A stretch of DNA of 64,000 bases from Thermoplasmatota archaeon (GTDB lineage Archaea; Thermoplasmatota; JAKEGO01). The translations under genes were made by a program, and so were the position numbers. Below, one piece after another: positions 8,923-17,930 of the stretch. Under the pieces are notes generated by a model that ran no database searches, was not told the DNA's origin, and worked only from the letters and a program-made list of their open reading frames with translations. Position 1 is the first letter of the stretch. Each line of letters opens with the position of its first letter. The stretch spans positions 192,001-256,000 of the forward strand of contig JANQNK010000003.1 of the NCBI GenBank assembly GCA_028279595.1, written 5' to 3'.

Positions 8923-9270
8923 TCAGATCATGTGGTGGATCAGCGGAAGCTGCTCCAGCGGGAAGCTGTAGTCCATGCCGAACCTGTCGTCGAGGAACCT
9001 GCGCCCCTCTCCCGTGATATCGTAGGAAAGGAGCGCTGCGAAGAAGTCTCCCCCCGTTCGAAGCTCGTTAGAGGGAGAGATAAGTCCCTCCCTCTCCAGA
9101 TGATCCAGATGACGTGTGAGGTCCTCGCGTGACCTGTTGAGCAGGAGGATCAGCTCCATCATCGAAGTCCTGCCGTCGGTATGGTCTGCTACGATCTCCA
9201 TGATCCTGGTATCGATAATACTGTTACCCCGCGCCGCAGCCCTTCCCTTGAACGTGCAATCCACCACCAT
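8923..9270 (-). CDS. Winged helix-turn-helix protein
   Basis: ELILLLNRSREDLTRHLDHLEREGLI...YDITGEGRRFL. GGTGA RBS and TTTATATA box at ~9318-9327. Confidence 0.7.
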   Translation of the reverse strand: MVVDCTFKGRAAARGNSIIDTRIMEIVADHTDGRTSMMELILLLNRSREDLTRHLDHLEREGLISPSNELRTGGDFFAALLSYDITGEGRRFLDDRFGMDYSFPLEQLPLIHHMI

Positions 9271-9431
9271 GTCACCACCTTGCTTGCCCTCTTCGCAAGG
9301 TAATTTGTGCGTTTTGAGTATATAAACCCCCTTTGGTTATTTGACACGGTCCTCACGTGGTGTAATACAAGCGAATATGCGCTAAATGGGTCTGAAAGTG
9401 CCGAAAACGCAGGAATCCGGACGGTGGTATC

Positions 9432-9544
9432 ACGGAAGCGACGCCCCAAAAGAGTTGATCGCCGGACGCTGCACCCTGTGGGGGGGAGATGAGCGTCTAC
9501 GGCATCGATGGGGACCCGATGCAATGTGGGGCGTCACTTCCCGT
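9432..9544. ncRNA. Candidate structured RNA / three-way-junction element
   Basis: ~17-bp terminal inverted repeat (9432-9448 with 9527-9544) enclosing two hairpins, GACGCT/AGCGTC and GCATCG/CGATGC. Confidence 0.4.
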
Positions 9545-9644
9545 TTTTCATCCTGAGCAGCAACTGGACCCTGTACAGGTTCGTCAGGACGCGCGCCCTT
9601 CCGAACTCGATGGTCTCGATCGGTCCAGCCGTCGTGTCGTACAT
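9534..9644 (-). CDS. Putative 36-aa small protein (MYDTTAGPIETIEFGRARVLTNLYRVQLLLRMKNGK)
   Basis: GGTGG RBS before the ATG, TTATATA box at ~9691-9697, host-like GC3-rich codons. Not in the ORF track. Confidence 0.45.
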   Translation of the reverse strand: MYDTTAGPIETIEFGRARVLTNLYRVQLLLRMKNGK

Positions 9645-9790
9645 GTTTCGCCACCGTCCATTTCGCTGCAGAAATACACCCGTTTCACGCTATATAAGCG
9701 GACCTTGGTTACTACCTGAAACCCTTGGTGGTATGCCTCAAACATGCCCTGAAACGGGCGTTTTTCGGCGTTTTAAGGGTGAAGTCCCGA

Positions 9791-11644
9791 TCACCTTCTC
9801 CGGCGGAATACCGCGAACAGAGCGATCGTGGATACGACCGTCAACATGAGGGTGAACTCGGGCACCTTCTCGGGTGCATCATTATCCGTCATGTTTCCGA
9901 GCGGGTATCTATCCTCGGCGCTCCCGGCCCCGTCGATCGGATACGTTCCGGTGCCGTTCCAGTCCGACCAGTAGTTACCCTCGCTGTCATCGTCGTCCCA
10001 GAGGTTCGTGGACGAGCTGTCTGCACCCTGGGAGCCGGTGCCTCCGTTGTTCACGATGTTGTTGTGGTGGATGCTCATATCCGAACAGGACGACAGTTCG
10101 ATACCGTAGGCGTTGTTGTTGAATATCTCGTTCCATGCGATGGTGCCGTTGTCCGACGAGTAAAGGTAGATCCCTTGGGCGCTCCCCTCGTAGACCGAAT
10201 TGTTTGTGATGGTCAGTCTGGACGTTGAAGCCGCTCCGTAGATCCCCTGGTCCGTGTTGTCATCGAAGTCATTGCCGGATATGGTGCAATCCTCGATGCC
10301 CGTCATCATGCGGACACCGTTGTCCGAGTTCTGGCGGAGGGTGTTGTTCGTGATCGTGGTGTTGTGGCTGTTCTGGTGCACGTAGATGCCATCGCTCCAC
10401 GAGTTGTTGATCGTGTTGTTGTGTATCAACGACATGTACGAATCCCTGACCCAGATCCCGTCTCCAGTTCCCCACATGATATGGGAGTCCTGGATCGTGG
10501 TGTACTCGCACCAGAAGTACACATAGATCGATGTGATCCCGTTCTTCGTGAAGGTGCATCCCTCGATCAGTGTGTAATGCGACCTGAAATATAGGACGAT
10601 ACCGCGCAGACCGTCCCTTATCGTACAGTTCCTTATCACGGTGGACATTGCCCACTCGGTCTCGATGTTGCTGCTCCCGCCTCCGCTGATGTAACTGTCC
10701 GCCACCGTGCAGTTCTCCGAGGTCTGGATGAAGATCCCCCGGTAAACGCCCTTGAACGTCCCGTTCGTGACATTGATCCAATCGCACTGGTGCATGGATA
10801 TGGCCGTGTCCGTGTTCTCCGTCGAGAACCCATCGAGATCGATGTCCGCACAGTTCGCAAGTATCACCATACCGACGCTGGTCGGAACGGAAACGTCGCT
10901 CGAGTTCGTCAGATAGTAGACGGGCAATCCGTTTACATCGGTGTTCTCGAACCAGTGCGTTGTCGTCCTGGCCTCCAACGAACCATCCAGGGACGGGCTG
11001 TCGTAGTTGAATGTGGTATCGGTGAAGTTGACGAGTGTCGTCGAATCGATGCTGAATCCGAATCGCGAGTTGTTCTCGAAGGTGCAATCGTTCACCCGCG
11101 CCCTGTTCACCTGGAACAGACTGACCCCATTCCATGAGTTGTTGTGTATGTAACAGTTGGTGAGCTTGAGGCGGTCAGCGTTGTAATAACGTATCCCATC
11201 AGTGGAACCGGTTATCACCGTATCGATTATCTCGAGGTCATCGTAGTCATCGTCGTAAATTCCGTGGGTCCAAATACCCGATCCGTTCCCTACGATCGTG
11301 AACCCCTTGATGGTGACCTCGTCCGAGATGACGTTGACCGCATAGTCGTTCCCCGGACCCTCGATCAGCACGAGGTCCGAGCCGTTCCCCTTCATCCAGA
11401 TATTGTTGTCGATATCGATGCTCTCGTAGTAATTACCCTCGTAGACCCTGATCCTCTTCTGCCCGACGGAGGCGTTGGACCCGGTGGCGTCGATGGCCTC
11501 CTGGATCGTTCCGTAATCGGCCCAGGTCCCGTTGTCGTCATCCACGATTATCTGTCCCTCGGCCTCCCCTGTCACCAGAACGAGACCGGCGAACAGCAGG
11601 AATCCGAAGCATAGCAGTATCAGTATCCTCTTGTAACCCCACAT
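9791..11644 (-). CDS. Parallel beta-helix (NosD/CASH-type) cell-surface protein with PEF-CTERM signal
   Basis: Signal peptide, DYGTIQEAID cap, Asn-rich GI.L repeats, GNYWSDW motif, C-terminal VPEF-TM-RRRR. Confidence 0.88.
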   Translation of the reverse strand: MWGYKRILILLCFGFLLFAGLVLVTGEAEGQIIVDDDNGTWADYGTIQEAIDATGSNASVGQKRIRVYEGNYYESIDIDNNIWMKGNGSDLVLIEGPGNDYAVNVISDEVTIKGFTIVGNGSGIWTHGIYDDDYDDLEIIDTVITGSTDGIRYYNADRLKLTNCYIHNNSWNGVSLFQVNRARVNDCTFENNSRFGFSIDSTTLVNFTDTTFNYDSPSLDGSLEARTTTHWFENTDVNGLPVYYLTNSSDVSVPTSVGMVILANCADIDLDGFSTENTDTAISMHQCDWINVTNGTFKGVYRGIFIQTSENCTVADSYISGGGSSNIETEWAMSTVIRNCTIRDGLRGIVLYFRSHYTLIEGCTFTKNGITSIYVYFWCEYTTIQDSHIMWGTGDGIWVRDSYMSLIHNNTINNSWSDGIYVHQNSHNTTITNNTLRQNSDNGVRMMTGIEDCTISGNDFDDNTDQGIYGAASTSRLTITNNSVYEGSAQGIYLYSSDNGTIAWNEIFNNNAYGIELSSCSDMSIHHNNIVNNGGTGSQGADSSSTNLWDDDDSEGNYWSDWNGTGTYPIDGAGSAEDRYPLGNMTDNDAPEKVPEFTLMLTVVSTIALFAVFRRRR

Positions 11645-11772
11645 GGTTATCCCGGCCAGAAATCGAGGAAGGGTTACTTAATGCTACCTGATGGTTTGAC
11701 CCGGACCCGTCCATCCTGGCTCCTACCACCCGCCCATTGTCTCCAACGCTGGTGCGGGGTCCAGATCCGACC

Positions 11773-13221
11773 TCAATATCTGCGTCTGCGGACGACGATG
11801 GCCATGAGGAACATCGCTGCCAGCGAGATCATCACTGTGAATTCCGGGACCTTCTCAGGAGCGTTCGTCGGGAATGGGTCGTCAGCGGGCGCGTCGTCCT
11901 CGGCGTTCCCTGCCCCGTCAAGCGGATAAGCTCCGGTGCCGTTCCAGTTGTCCCACCAGTTGCCCTCGGATCCGTCCGTCCATTGATTATTGCCGGTCTC
12001 GTCCGCCGCCTGCGGCGAGTTGTGGTTCTTCAGGAAGTTGTTGTGGTGGATGACGTTGTTCCAGCAGTCCCAGCCGACATAGACGCCGTACTCATCGTTC
12101 CAGATGATCTCATTGTAGGTTATCGTGTTGTTCTCGGAGCTCCCCAGTCCGATACCGTACAGCAAGTTGTACTGGTATGTGCAGTTAGTGATGAAAGTCC
12201 AGTTGCAGTTGATCAACGTCGTTCCGTTGTAGGAGTTGTTGAAGACGTTGCAGACCATGAAGGCGTTCCGGTCGCTCATGGTCATCAGGACGCCGTCGTA
12301 GGTGCTCTCGCTGATCTCGGTGTTCTTGAAGAGGTTGTCATGGCACAGGTACATGTATACCCCTCTCCAGGTATGGTTGGATATCGAACAGTTGTCGAAT
12401 GTGTTGTTGTTGCAGGATTCCAGGCTCAACCCATCGTAGTTGTCCCACTTGAAACCATTCTCGTGGAAGGTGGTGTTCCGGAAGGTGTTGTTCTCAGCGC
12501 TGTACCAACCCAATCCCTCGTAGTAGTTCCTCGAGAGGTCGCACATCTCGAACGTGTTCCAGTATACCTGCCAGCCGCCTATCCCGGCCCCAGTGGTCCG
12601 GTTCACGGTACAGTTGTAGAAGTAACTGCCGTTGACGTAGTGCATCTGGATGCCGACCTCGGCGCCCCTCATGAAGAGGCTGTTCGTGAACGTCACGTTG
12701 TCTATTGTCTCGAGGTTCACATTATGGGTCCTGTAGACGTAGAGGTTGTCGAAATAGCTCCAGTTGACGTTGACGAGGTTCAGCCCGTAACTGTCGGAAC
12801 CGAAGGTCCTGTTCATGGAGCAATTATATGCCCGCGCGTTGGAGCAGTTCTGAATGTCCAGGATCCCGTACCTGTACCGGTGGCTAGTCATCCCGATGTT
12901 CTCGATCTTCACGTCATCGGCCCTGACCGCGATCGCGCTCCCGTCCTGCCCGCCATCCACGATGGTCTCGTTCGTGCCGTTGCCGATCAACCTCATCGAC
13001 TTGTTCACGACGACGTTCTCCTCGTACAGGCCCTCGTGGATGAAGATCCAGTTCCCGGCCGTCGTGTTGTCGATCGCATCCTGGATGTTGTCGAAATCCG
13101 CTCCAGCCCAATCATCGTCGACAGTGACCTCCAATGGTCTTCCACCAACCAGTCCTGCAGTAACAAGCACGATCGAAAGCAATCCGACTATCGTCAACAT
13201 TCGTACCGGTCCCATTTTCAC
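11773..13221 (-). CDS. Parallel beta-helix (NosD/CASH-type) cell-surface protein with PEF-CTERM signal
   Basis: ADFDNIQDAID, YEENVVVNKS, GNWWDNW, C-terminal VPEF-TM-RRRR. Paralog of the adjacent gene. Confidence 0.88.
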   Translation of the reverse strand: MKMGPVRMLTIVGLLSIVLVTAGLVGGRPLEVTVDDDWAGADFDNIQDAIDNTTAGNWIFIHEGLYEENVVVNKSMRLIGNGTNETIVDGGQDGSAIAVRADDVKIENIGMTSHRYRYGILDIQNCSNARAYNCSMNRTFGSDSYGLNLVNVNWSYFDNLYVYRTHNVNLETIDNVTFTNSLFMRGAEVGIQMHYVNGSYFYNCTVNRTTGAGIGGWQVYWNTFEMCDLSRNYYEGLGWYSAENNTFRNTTFHENGFKWDNYDGLSLESCNNNTFDNCSISNHTWRGVYMYLCHDNLFKNTEISESTYDGVLMTMSDRNAFMVCNVFNNSYNGTTLINCNWTFITNCTYQYNLLYGIGLGSSENNTITYNEIIWNDEYGVYVGWDCWNNVIHHNNFLKNHNSPQAADETGNNQWTDGSEGNWWDNWNGTGAYPLDGAGNAEDDAPADDPFPTNAPEKVPEFTVMISLAAMFLMAIVVRRRRY

Positions 13222-13282
13222 ACCTCTGGTCGGCGCCCCCGCGCCAACTGACGAATCGAAGCTTTACGTAATAAATCTTCCC

Positions 13283-15556
13283 TCAGTCCTTCCTCGGAAG
13301 CGTCCTGCCCATCTGGAAGCCCAGGAACAGGGCGACCGCGATGGAAGCGATGGTCAGTCCGAGCATCGCGAACATCAGCCAATCGTCGGTGAAGTCATCG
13401 GAACTGTCGGGCCTTGAACGGATGTCGTCCACCTCGAACAGTTCTGTCTCAATGGTGATGTAACCGCCGGAGTACTGATCAGATGGGGGTCCGAAGTCGT
13501 ACGGCGATGTGTCACGGGAAACGGGAGCTTTCGCTACGGTGCCCGGAGCCACGCGAATGTCGACGTGGGTCGTGTACTCTATCCTCGGCTCGGGGAACTC
13601 GTCCTCGGGCCCGTCTATGAACACCTTGACCGCCTCGCCGTGTACGTTGAAGTGGGCCCAGCCGGGGCCGGACACATCCGACTCCCACACCTTGGTCCCG
13701 TCGTTGTCGAACGGCTGGGGTACCAGGTCGTTCTGTCCGTCACCGTCGAGGTCGGCCCAGACGTCGACGTTCCCCCACGTGAGCTCGTCGTAGTTGATCG
13801 GCTCCCAGTGGAACGTGACGGTGATGTGCTCCGAACCCTCGGGCAGATGGACACGGTGCGCCTGGTCGGTCGCGTAGGATCCCGCAGGCGACGTTGGATT
13901 CTGGCTCTGGTTGATGAAGTTCGCCCACTCCCCGCGCCAGGTGGTCTTCAGGATGTCCGTCGCCGACCATATCTCCTTCTTCGAGAGTATCTCTCCGTAG
14001 ATGGTCAACGCCGTGTCCACCGAAGCGTCGGGATTGTCGGGCTGACCGTCGTTGTTGTCATCCGCGGTCCTGAGCTCCTCTAGTACGAGACATACGGCTA
14101 CCGCCTTTGTGGCGTTGACAACCCCGTATCCCTGCGCGAAATCGAAGGGCTTGTCATTGATGCCGTCGTCGAACTGATCAGGGATCAGGTTGCTCCCGGT
14201 CGGCTCGATGTAGTCGGCGGTCATCTTCATTATGTACTCGGCCTCGTGGATACGGGTGTTCTCCATGGAGTCCCAGTCGTCGAATTCGTTGGTCGAGTTC
14301 GGAGTGAACTCCTCGTGATAGTCGCTGACCTTCATACTGGGAGCGGCCTGCCACATCAACGCGGCGAGTCCGGCCACGTGTGGACATGCCATGCTCGTAC
14401 CGTTGATGGCCATGTAGTACATGTCCTCGTCGATCCGCTGGTAGGTGTCCAGCCACGTGCCCCGGGGTGTCGTCGCCCATATGTTCTGGCCCGGCGCGGC
14501 AACGTCCGGGTAGGTATCGAAGTTCCCGGCCTGTCCGCGGGAGGAGAAACCCTCGATCGCATTGCCCGCCTTGGCCGCTGCGGCAACACCGATCACCGCA
14601 GGAGTGTTGGACTGACCGCTTGTGTTGATTGCACGTCCGTCACCATTGTCATTGCCGGCGGCGAAGACAACTACGACATTGTTCTCGTAGGTGAGCTTCT
14701 CCGAGATGATGCTTACAGGGGAGTCCGGATTGTACTCCTGTCCCGCGCCGCCCCATGAATTGCTGACGACCCTGATGTTGTGCGGGTTGTTCCCCGGTCT
14801 GCTGTGGTCGTAGACGAACCACAGCCCCTCGACGACCTCCCAGTTCACCGGGGTCCAGTCGCCGCCGACCCCAATGAGGTTCGCTCCTGGGGCTACACCC
14901 TTCCGCAGACCGCCGGATGCATCGCCGTTCCCAGCGACTATCCCTGCGCAGTGCGTCCCGTGGCCGTATGACGTATCGGTGTTCTCCATCTGGGTCCACG
15001 GCTCGCCAGCGCTGCTGTGCCAGTTCTCAAGGGTCTTCTCCCTGTAATCGAGGTCGGGATGACCGGCGTCGACCCCGGTGTCAACAACGGCAACGGTCAC
15101 TCCGCGTCCGTCGATGCCCAGCAACATGGCGAGGTCGTCGAGCTCCTGGTCGGGTGCCCCATCGCGGATGGGTACCCTGTTCCAGACGTCCTGCGCCCCG
15201 ATCGTGGCCGTGGACAGCTGCAGGTTCAGATGGACCGGATAGTTGTGCTCCATCCACTTGACCGCGTCGAGACCGCTGACCGCGAGCAAACCGTCCTTAT
15301 CACCCGAGATGAGCATTGCGCCGAGTTCATCGATCGTGTCCAGGACCCGAACGTCCACGCTGTAAACGGAATCCATCTCACCCGGATCCGAGAACATGAC
15401 CACGACCTCCTCTCGGTCGCCGGGTCCCATGTCGTGGATGATCTCGATGAGATTTGGGTCGATGACGGAGAGCTCGACGTCCGTCTCGGCTGTGGTCGAG
15501 ACCGGTATGAGAACGGTCGATATCAGCAGGATTGCTATGAACGGAGCGGCCTTCAT
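13283..15556 (-). CDS. Membrane-anchored S8 (subtilisin-like) serine protease
   Basis: Triad VVDTG / HGTHCAG / GTSMACPH and oxyanion AAGN. Signal peptide from ATG 15556 (MKAAPFI), propeptide, C-terminal TM. Confidence 0.92.
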   Translation of the reverse strand: MKAAPFIAILLISTVLIPVSTTAETDVELSVIDPNLIEIIHDMGPGDREEVVVMFSDPGEMDSVYSVDVRVLDTIDELGAMLISGDKDGLLAVSGLDAVKWMEHNYPVHLNLQLSTATIGAQDVWNRVPIRDGAPDQELDDLAMLLGIDGRGVTVAVVDTGVDAGHPDLDYREKTLENWHSSAGEPWTQMENTDTSYGHGTHCAGIVAGNGDASGGLRKGVAPGANLIGVGGDWTPVNWEVVEGLWFVYDHSRPGNNPHNIRVVSNSWGGAGQEYNPDSPVSIISEKLTYENNVVVVFAAGNDNGDGRAINTSGQSNTPAVIGVAAAAKAGNAIEGFSSRGQAGNFDTYPDVAAPGQNIWATTPRGTWLDTYQRIDEDMYYMAINGTSMACPHVAGLAALMWQAAPSMKVSDYHEEFTPNSTNEFDDWDSMENTRIHEAEYIMKMTADYIEPTGSNLIPDQFDDGINDKPFDFAQGYGVVNATKAVAVCLVLEELRTADDNNDGQPDNPDASVDTALTIYGEILSKKEIWSATDILKTTWRGEWANFINQSQNPTSPAGSYATDQAHRVHLPEGSEHITVTFHWEPINYDELTWGNVDVWADLDGDGQNDLVPQPFDNDGTKVWESDVSGPGWAHFNVHGEAVKVFIDGPEDEFPEPRIEYTTHVDIRVAPGTVAKAPVSRDTSPYDFGPPSDQYSGGYITIETELFEVDDIRSRPDSSDDFTDDWLMFAMLGLTIASIAVALFLGFQMGRTLPRKD

Positions 15557-15639
15557 CGTCGGAATTATGGTCACTGAATATTTAAGATTGGCGCCTTCAT
15601 GCAATTGGGATGCTGGGTGGTGCGGTATGATCTGGGCCA

Positions 15640-17127
15640 CTAGGGCGGCTGTACGGATCCCCTCGGTCCAGTCTCGGGCATGTCGGGGACCATCGGCAGG
15701 GCGATAGTGACCTTGGTCCCTTCGTCCACGGCGCTCTCTATCGAGAGCCGTCCGTAGTTACGCTCGACCATGTCCCTGACCATCGCGAGACCGCTGCTGG
15801 TCGGATCCTCCGCGCTGGTGGCATAGGGGTCCAGTGCGCTCCTCAGCTTCTCGCTGGATATCCCGGAACCCTCGTCAGAGATCATCACCTTCAGGTAGGA
15901 GCCCTCCGGAAGCTCCATCTTGACCCTCTCGATCTCCTCGAGGTCCTTGAGCTGTATGGATATTGAACCACCCCCCTCCATCGCCTCGATGGCATTGTCC
16001 ACCAGGGTTATCAGGGTCGACTGCAGATCGACGGCGCTCGCGTACACCCGGTACTCCCCTGGGTCGGCCTCGAATGATATCTGCACGTTGTCCGGCAGTC
16101 CCATCCTCATCATCTTGACCGTACCCTTCATGAGGATCAGGAGACTGTGCTCCGATGCTGACTCCGAGGTCATTCCCGTGACGTCGAGGACCTGGTTCAC
16201 GAGCCTCGAGCATCGCTTGCCTCCGGTGTATATCTCACGTAGCCACTCACGCATCTCCTCGTCCTCGAGCTTGGTGTAAACGAGCTGTGAGGCGCCGATG
16301 ATCATGTTGAGGATGTTGTTGACCTCGTGGGCAAGGCCCATTCCCATTGCGGACATCGCGTCGAGCTTCTGGGCCCTCCGGGCCTCCTTCTCGAGGACCC
16401 GGTGTTCGGTGACGTCCTGTGCAAGCCCCATGATCGAAGGCTCGCCGTGGTATGTAACGCCTGTCGTCGTGATCTTGACCATCCTGTACCCCTCGCGGGT
16501 CTTCATGCGGATCTCGGAGTTGGGTGTCTCGCCCTTGACCGCCCGCTCGTACAGGTCCTGCATCTTCTCCCTGTCGGCCGAGTGGATGGTGTCGGTGAAG
16601 TAGAGGCCTTCGAGCTCGGACCTGTCGGTCTCGAGGATCCGTTCCATGCTCTGGTTGGCATAGCGGAACTTGCCCTTCTGGAGCATGAAGATGCCGGAGG
16701 GATTGTGCTCGGCGAGGGTCCTGTAGACCTCCTCGCTGGCTTTCAGCCTCGCCTCCATCTTGTGCCTGTAGAGGGCCATCTGTATGGTGGTGTGGAGCTC
16801 CCGTCCCTCGAAGGGCTTCAGAAGATATCCGTAGGGGCTGGTCTCCCTCGCCTTCTCGACGGTTGCGTTGTCGGAATAGGCGGTCAGGTAGACTATCGGG
16901 ATGTCGACCTTGGAACGTATCTCACCCGCGGTCGCGAACCCGTCCATCTCCCCCTTGAGCTTGATGTCCATCAGGATGATGTCAGGTCTGTCGGACAACG
17001 CGGTGTCGACGGCGAGGGCGCCGCTGGACGATATTCCGGTGACCTCGTAACCCATGTTGATGAGGCTCCGCTTGATGTCCTCTGCGACGATCCTCTCGTC
17101 CTCGACGATCATTACCCTGGTTTCCAT
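15640..17127 (-). CDS. REC-PAS-HisKA-HATPase hybrid kinase with degenerate F/G2 boxes
   Basis: N-terminal REC (VEDE..LMDI..YLTA..KP), H-box AHEVNN, N-box DNAIEA, G1 DEGSG; G2 region reads PTSSGLA. Confidence 0.85.
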   Translation of the reverse strand: METRVMIVEDERIVAEDIKRSLINMGYEVTGISSSGALAVDTALSDRPDIILMDIKLKGEMDGFATAGEIRSKVDIPIVYLTAYSDNATVEKARETSPYGYLLKPFEGRELHTTIQMALYRHKMEARLKASEEVYRTLAEHNPSGIFMLQKGKFRYANQSMERILETDRSELEGLYFTDTIHSADREKMQDLYERAVKGETPNSEIRMKTREGYRMVKITTTGVTYHGEPSIMGLAQDVTEHRVLEKEARRAQKLDAMSAMGMGLAHEVNNILNMIIGASQLVYTKLEDEEMREWLREIYTGGKRCSRLVNQVLDVTGMTSESASEHSLLILMKGTVKMMRMGLPDNVQISFEADPGEYRVYASAVDLQSTLITLVDNAIEAMEGGGSISIQLKDLEEIERVKMELPEGSYLKVMISDEGSGISSEKLRSALDPYATSAEDPTSSGLAMVRDMVERNYGRLSIESAVDEGTKVTIALPMVPDMPETGPRGSVQPP

Positions 17128-17200
17128 CCACTCACCGGTCGATATTCATGGTTAGACCGCGATACTATCGATTGCCCCGCATCTGATCTCTGCTGCTTCC

Positions 17201-17902
17201 TCACTTGGCGATCGTGATGCCGCCAGCGCCTATGTCATACGTCATGAGTTCGGTCGGCGTCGGCGTGTTCCGCATCTTGATGATGTCCATCGCGCGCTCC
17301 CTGTTCCCCGTGTACGGATTGTCGCGCTTCTGCAGGCGTATGGCCCCGTGGGCCCAGAAGAGCGCCATGTCATTGAACTCCTTGGAGGTCGCGCTGTCGA
17401 TAATGACGAGGGCTGTAATCCCTTTCCGCTTGAGGCCGTGGATGAGGAGGCCGAACTGGTCCTTGAAGTCCTGGACCGTGAGGTTCGCCGTGTAGCTGCC
17501 GAGGCTGTCAATGACGACCGCCTTCGTTCCCTCCGGGAGGTCCTGGAGGATCCCGACGAAGTTGCCCTTCCTGGCCTCGTGGGTGATGATCATTGCCATC
17601 TCCATCTCGATGTCGTCGAGGGTGGCAAGGTCCATGAAGTTCAATGTGCCGGCGTCCTTCGGGCCCTTGAGGTCCCACTCGAACGATTCCGCCTGCGCTA
17701 TGAGGTCGTTCGGGTCCTCCTCGCTGGCCATGTAGACGGTGTTCAGCCCCGCCTTCATGCATGCATTGACGAATTGGAGGCAGAATATGGTCTTTCCCGC
17801 TCCTGCGTTCCCAGTCACCACGATCGTCCTGCCAACCGGAAATCCGCCGAGCGCCTCATCGATGCCCTCTATCCCCGTCGATATCCTGTCCATCTTCCAC
17901 AC
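17201..17902 (-). CDS. Single-domain KaiC-like (RecA superfamily) ATPase
   Basis: ISTGIEGID, Walker A GNAGAGKT, catalytic SEE, Walker B VVIDS, C-terminal KMR. Confidence 0.9.
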   Translation of the reverse strand: MWKMDRISTGIEGIDEALGGFPVGRTIVVTGNAGAGKTIFCLQFVNACMKAGLNTVYMASEEDPNDLIAQAESFEWDLKGPKDAGTLNFMDLATLDDIEMEMAMIITHEARKGNFVGILQDLPEGTKAVVIDSLGSYTANLTVQDFKDQFGLLIHGLKRKGITALVIIDSATSKEFNDMALFWAHGAIRLQKRDNPYTGNRERAMDIIKMRNTPTPTELMTYDIGAGGITIAK

Positions 17903-17930
17903 ACTCCGTCAAACCGTTATCCGTTCCTTC

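Noticed and set aside
17201-17902. Circadian clock (kaiABC)
   Set aside because: Single-domain KaiC-like protein, no kaiA or kaiB in the window, and no obvious Ser/Thr pair at the cyanobacterial phosphosite region.
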